A DNA stretch of 64,000 nucleotides from Torpedo marmorata (taxonomy: Eukaryota). Below are positions 52,401 through 61,400 of this stretch, one piece after another (positions within the stretch are counted from its first letter, which is position 1; each line of letters begins with the position of its first letter). Where the stretch lies: positions 98,704,001-98,768,000 of the forward strand of contig OZ360227.1 in the NCBI GenBank assembly GCA_977017645.1, read 5' to 3'. The notes beneath the pieces are model-generated. The model did no database searches, was not told where the DNA came from, and worked only from the letters and a program-made list of their open reading frames with translations. Made by a program: the position numbers and the translations under genes.

Positions 52401-55400
52401 TTACAGAATATGTTATTGAAAAGAAGTTGAAAGAGGAACAAGAATGGTCACATGCCGGAATTTGCAAAGTCTGTACCTTTGAAATTACTAAATTAAAGGA
52501 GTTAACCGTAATTGAATTCAGAGTCTTTGCGAAAAATGAAAAGGGCTTAAGTGACAGTGTGATTACTGCACCTATCACTGTGAAAGATTATGTCATTACA
52601 CCTGAAGCTGACTTATCTGAAATACCAGGAGGACAAATTAGTGTAAGAATCGGACATAATGTTCATGTTGATCTGCCATATAAGGGTAAACCTCGACCAA
52701 GCATCAAATGGGAGAAAGACAATATTCCATTAAAAGAAAGTGAACAAATCCGATACACGAAAACAGAAAACAAAGTCACATTAAGTATTAAGAATGTTAA
52801 GAAAAAACATGGTGGAAAGTACACCTTGATCCTTGATAATGCAATTTCAAGAAAGTCATACAACTTTACGATAATTACCCTTGGTCCTCCATCAAAGCCT
52901 AAGGGACCAATTAGGTTTGATGAAATCAAATCTGAAAGTGTCATACTTTCATGGGATGCACCTGATGATGATGGAGGAAGTGAAGTTACCTGCTACAGTA
53001 TTGAAAAACGTGAAACTTCGCAAACCAATTGGAAAGTGGTGTGCTCTAGTGTAGCCAGGAAAACCTTTAAAGTTACCAAATTGATTAAAGATCTCGAATA
53101 TCAATTTAGAATTTATGCTGAAAATAGATATGGTGTAAGTCATCCACTTAACTCAATGACTATTATAGCAAAACATCAGTTCAGGACTCCCGGAGCACCT
53201 GGAAAGCCTGTTGTATACAATATCACTTCTGATGGTATGACAATCTCATGGGATGCACCATTATACGATGGTGGTTCAGAAGTCACTGGATATCATGTTG
53301 AGAAGAAAGAAAGAAATAACATCTTATGGCAAAAAGTCAAAAAATCATCTATTTCTGGCAGAGAATACCGAATTTCAGGACTTACTGAAGGCCTGGATTA
53401 TCAGTTCCGAGTTTATTCTGAAAACAGTGTTGGACTGAGCCCAGTTAGTGAAGCAAGCAAATTCACCTTGGCTGTCTCACCAGTTGGTAAGTATTTTTTT
53501 TCCTTACCACGATAACTAAAAAAAATTTGTGTGCAACTGTACTTGTACTAAAGCATAATAGCTAATATTGACTATTGATTGTTCTTCCTTTACCTGACCA
53601 TTTGTAAAATTACTTCATCAGATCCACCTGGTACACCAGATTACATTGATTTGACAAGAGAAACTGTAACACTTAAGTGGGATCCACCACCTCGTGATGG
53701 TGGAAGTAAAATTGTGGCATACAGTGTTGAAAAGCGGCAAGGAGGAGGACGTTGGCTGCGGTGTAACTTTATTGATATTACTGAATGCCAATATACAGTG
53801 TCAGGCCTTAGCCCCGGTGATCGCTATGAATTCCGTATAATTGCTAGAAATGCTGTTGGAACAGTCAGTCCACCTTCTCAGTCATCAGGAAACATTATGA
53901 CAAGGGATGAAAGCAGTAAGTACATATAAAAGCTAATTAGTTTCTGTGTGTTGTTCTTTATAATTTTAATGATTTTGAAGTTTCAATTTGGCAATCATTC
54001 ATCTGCTTCTTTCACAGTACCACCGTTAATTGAATTTGGTGCTGAACATTTTGAAGGTGTGACAGTAAAATCTGGTGAGAGTATTCGACTTAAGGTGCAT
54101 ATCAAAGGCCGCCCATTACCTCAAGTAACTTGGTATAAAGATGGAAAGGAAATTGATAAGAAATTGATGGTGGATATCACCAATGTTATTGGGTCTAGTT
54201 CCATCTTTGTTAGAGACAGCAACCGAGATCATCGTGGCATATATACTGTGGAAGCCAAGAATGTTTCAGGCATCCAGAAAGCTGAAATTCATGTCAGAGT
54301 TCAAGGTAATTAGAGGAAGTTGACAACTTATATATCTGCTTTGATTTCTCAGCTTAATGTTTCAGTAGTTTGAATATATTTTCACTTGCTGGACACTAAT
54401 ATTTCTCTTTTTGTTTAGACACTCCTGGACCACCAGTTGGACCTATTCGGTTTACCAATATTACGGGAGAGAAACTCACATTGTGGTGGATTCCACCAGA
54501 TAATGATGGCTGCAGTGTCATTAGCAATTATGTAATCGAGAAGCGTGAGACAAGTCGACTTAAGTGGGCATTGATCACTGATGAGTGTGAAGCCTGTTCA
54601 TACACAGTCACCAAGTTAATTAAAGGGAATGAGTACCAGTTCCGAATTTCAGCTGTCAACAAATTTGGCATTGGCAAACCAATAGATTCAGAGCCAGTTA
54701 TTGCACAGATACAATACAGTACGTCTGTTTCAAAATTTTCAATTGATGGTAAAATATTTAACAGTTCTTATTTGTCAAACCAGTCCTAATTATTTACTCG
54801 TTTTATTTTGTTTCACAGCTGTGCCTGGTGCACCTGGTACACCAGATGCAACTAATGTTTCAGGAGAATCTATTACCCTTACTTGGTCAAGACCAAAATC
54901 AGACGGAGGGAATGAAATTATGCATTACATCCTTGAACGGCGTGAGAAGAAGAGCCTGCATTGGGTCAAAGTTTTCAGCAAAAGACCTATTACTGAAAAC
55001 CGATTCAAAGTGACCAACCTGACAGAAGGGAATGAATATGAGTTCCGTGTCATGACTGAGAATAATGCTGGGGTGGGTCCCTCAAGTGATATTTCTAGAC
55101 TTATTAAATGTAGAGAACCAGTAAACCCACCAGGCGCACCGAGCATTGTTAGAGTCACGGACACAACAAAGACATCTGTATGCTTGGAATGGACTCGGCC
55201 TGTTTTTGACGGAGGCATGGAAATTATTGGCTACACAATTGAAATGTGCAAAGCCAGTCTTGGAGATTGGCACAAGGTTAACATAGAAGTGTGTGTCAAA
55301 ACTAAATACACGGTTACAGAATTAGAACCTGGTGAAGAGTACAAATTCCGTGTTTGTGCTGTTAATGGTGTAGGAAAAGGAGAAAGCTGTGAAATTTCTG

Positions 55401-58400
55401 CACCAGTACAAGCTATAGATCGGTTAACATCACCAGAAATTGAGACTGATGCCAATTTCAAACAAATTCATATTGTTCGAGCTGGCAGTACAATTCAGCT
55501 GCATGTTCCCTTCCAAGGTAGGCCAGTTCCTGTTGCCACTTGGAAAAAAGCAGACTCATCCATCGGAGTACTCGCTCACATCAATACAACAGATACGAAC
55601 AGTACATTAACAATAGAGAACTGCAATAGATATGATGCTGGAAAATACACTCTTACTGTGGAAAACAGCAATGGGAGTAAGTCTGTTACTTTCACCGTTA
55701 AAGTACAAGACACTCCAGGACCGCCAGGACAAATTACATTCAAAGATGTCACTCAAGGTGCGATTACGATGCTGTGGGATGCTCCCATTCATGATGGAGG
55801 TTCACGTATTCATCATTATGTCATTGAGAAGCGTGAAGCCAGTAGGCGCAGCTGGCAGGAAATCAGCAGCAAATGCACCCGGCAGATCTTCAGAGCGCAA
55901 GAACTTGCAGGAGTGCCCTACTTCTTCCGGGTCATGGCAGAAAATGAATATGGCCTTGGTGAACCATATGAAATGACAGAGCCTATAGTAGCTACTGAGG
56001 AGCCAGCACCACCTAAGAGACTGGATATTGTCGATACAGGCAGAACCTCTGCAGTCTTGGCTTGGATAAAACCAGAGCATGATGGTGGCAGCCAAATTAC
56101 TGGTTATTTAGTTGAGATGAAGCAAAAAGTTTCAGATCACTGGGTTGAAGGTGGTCAAACCAAACTCCTTACAATTCAAATTGATGGACTTATTGAAAAT
56201 ACAGAGTATGAATTCCGTGTCAGAGCTAAAAATGATGCTGGTTTCAGTGAACCAAGGGAGGCATTTTCATCTGTTATTATTAAAGAACCACAGATAGAGC
56301 CTAAAGCAGATTTATCTGGAATCACCAATCAAACAATCACCTGCAAATCAGGAAATAACTTTACTATAGATGTACCTATTAGTGGACGTCCAGCTCCTAA
56401 GGTAACATGGAAGCTTGAGGAGATGAGACTAAAGGAAACTGAAAGAGTCAGTATCAAAACAACAAAAGAGAGAACTACATTGACTGTGAAGGACTCTATG
56501 AGAGGTGACTCAGGGAAATACTACTTAACACTTGAAAACACGGCAGGAGTCAAAACCTTTACTGTAACTGTTAATGTTATTGGTCGACCAGGTCCAGTTA
56601 CTGGACCTATAGGTATTTCATCTGTTTCTGCGGATTCATGTGTATTGTCGTGGGCAGAGCCTGAAGATGATGGTGGTACTGATATCAGCAATTATATTGT
56701 GGAAAAACGTGAATGTGGTACCACAGCATGGCAGCTCATCAATTCTAGTGTAAAACGCACCCAGATTAAAGTTACTCACTTGACAAAGTATATGGAATAC
56801 ACTTTTAGAGTCTGTGCAGAGAACAGATTTGGTGTAAGCAAACCATATGAATCAAAGCCTGTGGTTGCTGAACATCCATTTGGTAAGTCAAAAATTATAA
56901 CTACCGGTATTTACTTGATAATGCACATTAAATAATGAGATTGGAGAAAACTTTCTAATTGTATTTTTTCCTACATTCTCTAGTTCCACCAAGCCATCCA
57001 ACAAGGCCAGTAGTGCATTTTGTATCTGCTAATGCCATGTCAATCCAATGGGAAGAGCCATACCACGATGGTGGCAGCAAAGTTACAGGCTACTGGGTTG
57101 AAAAGAAAGAACGTAACAGCATTCTCTGGGTGAAAGAAAACAAAATACCATGTATTGATTGCCATTACAAAATATCTACTCTAGTGGAAGGCTTGGAATA
57201 CCAGTTTAGAGTTTATGCAATGAATGCAGCTGGCTTGAGTAAAGCAAGTGAAGCTTCTAGACTAATAATGGCTCAGAATCCTGTTGGTAAGATCAAAAAT
57301 TTTCTATATTTGAAAATAGTTACAAATTTTGATAGAAATTTAAATTGACTTTTGTTTAAATGTGTAAAGATCCTCCAGGTCAACCAGAAGTAACAGATGT
57401 TAGTCGGTCTTCAGTTTCGCTAAAATGGACTGTACCAGTCCATGATGGTGGAAGTAAGATTGTTGGATACATCATGGAACGCAAGCCTTATAATGAAACT
57501 GGTGATGGCCGCTGGCTGAAGTGCAACTACACCTCTATCTCTGATACCTTTTACACAGTTACAGGACTAAGTGATTCTGAGGTCTATGAATTCCGTGTCT
57601 TAGCCAAGAATACAAGTGGAGTAATTAGTGCACCATCTGATTCTACTGGACCTGTGACATGCAAAGATGAATACGGTATGCTGGTGTCAAAAATATAGCA
57701 TACACCTATTGATTTCCTTATAGAGCAGAAACTTTTTTTTTTTCAAAGATTATTCATTGCTTTTTATTTCTTATTTACAGTGCCACCTAAGGCTGAACTG
57801 GATAGTAGGTTACTTGGAGAATTCATTACCATCAGGGCAGGCTCAGACTTGGTTCTTGATGCTTTCATTGGTGGGAAACCTGATCCTAAAGTCTATTGGT
57901 CCAAAGAAAACAAAGAGCTAGAACTTTGTGAGAAGATCTCTCTACAATATACTAATAAGCGTGCTGTTGCCATTATCAAATTCTGTGACAGAAATGACAC
58001 TGGAAGATATACACTAACTGTGAAAAATCCAAGTGGAGCTAAGACTGTGTCTGTAAATGTTAAAGTGCTAGGTATGTTTTGTGTTGTAAAATAAAAATAC
58101 ATTTTTGGAATACATTAAAGTATCAAGGTACAATATTGGCTATATATGCATCCTAATTTTTTTGTTTCACTGTATCTAGATTCACCAGGACCCTGCGATG
58201 GTTCACTTATCATCAGCAGATTAACTGAAGAGAAGTGTACTTTATCATGGAATATGCCAAAGGAAGATGGAGGAGCAGAGATTACACACTACATTGTAGA
58301 GAGACGTGAGACAAGCAGACTTAACTGGGTTATCGTTGAAGCTGAGTGCAAAGGTCTTTCCACTGTTGTAACAAGACTTATAAAAAACAATGAATACATT

Positions 58401-61400
58401 TTTAGAGTAAGAGCAGTTAATAAGTATGGACCTGGTGTGCCATTGGAATCCAAATCAGTTCTTGCCAGAAGATCATACAGTACGTTATATATAATGATGC
58501 TTTTTCAATTTTAATATTCTTGGTAATGTAGTAATAAACCAATGATTGAAATCATTTTGTTTTAAACAGCCATTCCATCACCACCTGGTGAACCAGAGGT
58601 TGTTGCAGTTGGAAAAGAACACATCATAATCCAGTGGTTGAAACCTGAAACTGATGGTGGAGCAGAACTTAGTAATTATCTTGTGGATAAACGTGAAAAA
58701 CGAAGTGTACGTTGGACTCGAGTCAACAAAGACTTTACTATTTATGATACTAGACTCAAGGTAACAAATCTGATGGAGAGTTGTGAATACCAGTTCCGTG
58801 TTACAGCAGTAAATGCAGCTGGTAACAGTGAACCAAGCGAATCATCACAATACATCATGTGCAAAGAACCCACATGTAAGTGTTATTTTTTTAAAGTTTC
58901 TCATAATTGTAAATCTGTACAAATAATTATAAACATAATCTATTTCAATTATAATATAGATACACCTGGAGTACCTTCACCACCAAGAGTTGTAGATACA
59001 ACCAAACATAGTATTAGTTTAGCATGGACAAAACCTATGTATGATGGTGGTTGTAATATTATTGGATACGTGCTCGAAATGAAAGAGGAAAGTATGGAAC
59101 AGTGGTACAGAGCACACACTACAGACAACTTGAAAAATACAGAATATACCATCACAGATCTTATCACCAGCAAGAAGTACTATTTCAGAGTTGCTTCTGT
59201 CAATATTAATGGAATGAGTGAATACAGTGAATCATCTGCTGTAATTGAAGCAGTAGAAAGAATAGGTAAGTGGCAGTATGGAGGCAATGCATGTTTGGTT
59301 ATTATTCACTCTTTTCTGACAATGCTTTTAATATTGGAATAAAATATGCATACCTGGCAGATGGAGTTTCATCAGGTCAAGTGTGAGGTGTTGCACTTCG
59401 GGAGGTCAAATGTATGGGGAATGTATACAGTAAATAGCAGGACTCTTAAAAGCATTGATGTTCAGAGGGACCTGGGTGTCCAGACTCATAGCTCATTGAA
59501 AGTGACCACTGCAGTAGATAGGGTGGCAAAGAAAGTGTATGGTATGCTTGCCTTTATTCGGAGGGGCATTGAGTAAGAAAGTAAGGAACTCATTGCAGCT
59601 ATATAAAACTTTGGATTGGCCGTATTTGGAATATTCTGGTTGTCCCATTATATAAAGGATGTGAAAGGTACAGAAGAGATTTTGTAGGAATTTGCCTGGA
59701 TTAGAGGGTATGATCTACAAGGAGAGGTTGGACAAACTTCGGTTGTTTTCTCTGGTGTGTTCGAGGCTGAGAGGTGATGATAGAACTTTAAGTTATGAGA
59801 GGCATTGATAGAATAGACAGAATATTTTCCCCAAGGTATAAATGCCACATACGAGAGGACATGCATTTAAGATGAGGTAGTATGGGGGTGGGAGGAGGAA
59901 TTTGAAGATTATATGCAGTACAAACTTTTTACATAGAGATTGGTAAGTGCCTAGAACAGGTTGCCAGGAGTAGTGGTGGAAGCAGATACAACATTAGAGT
60001 TTAATAGGCTTCCATATAGACATGTGAATATGCAGGGAATAGAGGGATATGTATCATGAACAAACAGCAAGGTTTTAGTTTAAATTGGGCAACATGTTCA
60101 GTGCGGCCTGTTCCTGTTCTGGTCTGTTCTATGTTCTAAAATATGTCTGTTTAATTATTACTAGAAAGGAATCTAAACCAACAGTTTTTTACTCCTAAGA
60201 GATATATTATTCAATGAAAATTTTGAATGACACCTTGAAAATTTTATTGTTTGAAGTTTTTAATTTGTTTTTCACCTCTATTTCATTACATTTTCTTTTT
60301 CTAGAAATGCCAGATCTTGAACTTGCAGATGATCTCAAAAAGACAGTCACAGTTAGAGCTGGTGGCTCACTCCGCTTAATGGTGTTAGTGTCAGGTCGAC
60401 CTACTCCAGTGTTAACCTGGAGTAAACCAGGTGTTGATCTCTACAGTCATGGTTTTATTGATACAACAGATTCTTACACATTGCTTGTAATTGACAAGGT
60501 GAATCGCTATGATGCAGGCAAATACACCATTGAGGCTGAAAATCCTTCAGGCAAGAAGTCAGCTACTATAGTTGTCAAAGTTTATGGTATGTGAAATGAT
60601 ATTTTCAACAATTTGTTTTATTATCATCTTTTCCAAGACTTTTTTAGGAAATACTAACTTTTAAAAACAAAACTATTCTCAGATACACCTGGCCCACCTG
60701 GTGCTGTTAAAGTGAAGGAAGTCTCAAGAGATTCTGTGGTCATCACATGGGATGTTCCAACGATTGACGGTGGAGCAGCAGTCAACAATTACATTATTGA
60801 GAGACGGGAAGCTGCAATGAGAGCATTCAAGACTGTGACAATTAAATGCAGCAAGACAATTTATAGAATAACTGGACTTGCTGAGGGTACAATGTATTAT
60901 TTTAGAGTCTCACCAGAGAATATCTATGGCATCGGTGAGCCATGTGAAACCTCTGATGCAGTTCTTGTTTCAGAAGTTCCAATGGTCCCACAGAAATTGG
61001 ATGTAATTGATGTCACAAAATCCACAGTCACACTAGCCTGGGAAAAACCACTGCATGATGGAGGCAGCAGACTGACTGGTTATGTTATTGAAGCATGTAA
61101 AGCTGGCACAGAAAGGTGGATGAAAATTACAACTCTAAAACACACAGTATTTGAACATACTATAATCTCTCTGAATGAGTCTGAACAGTATTTGTTCAGA
61201 GTCAGGGCACAGAATGACAAAGGTGTCAGTGAACCAAGAGAAACTGTAACTGCAGTCATTGTGCAAGATCAAAAAGGTATTTGTTGGTTTCAATTGAATG
61301 TTATTATCCATATATTTGTTCTTAAAAATTAATATATAGTACATTTTGATTTCAACAATAATTGTACATAAATTAGTCTATTCCTGTGTTTTTTTTTCCA

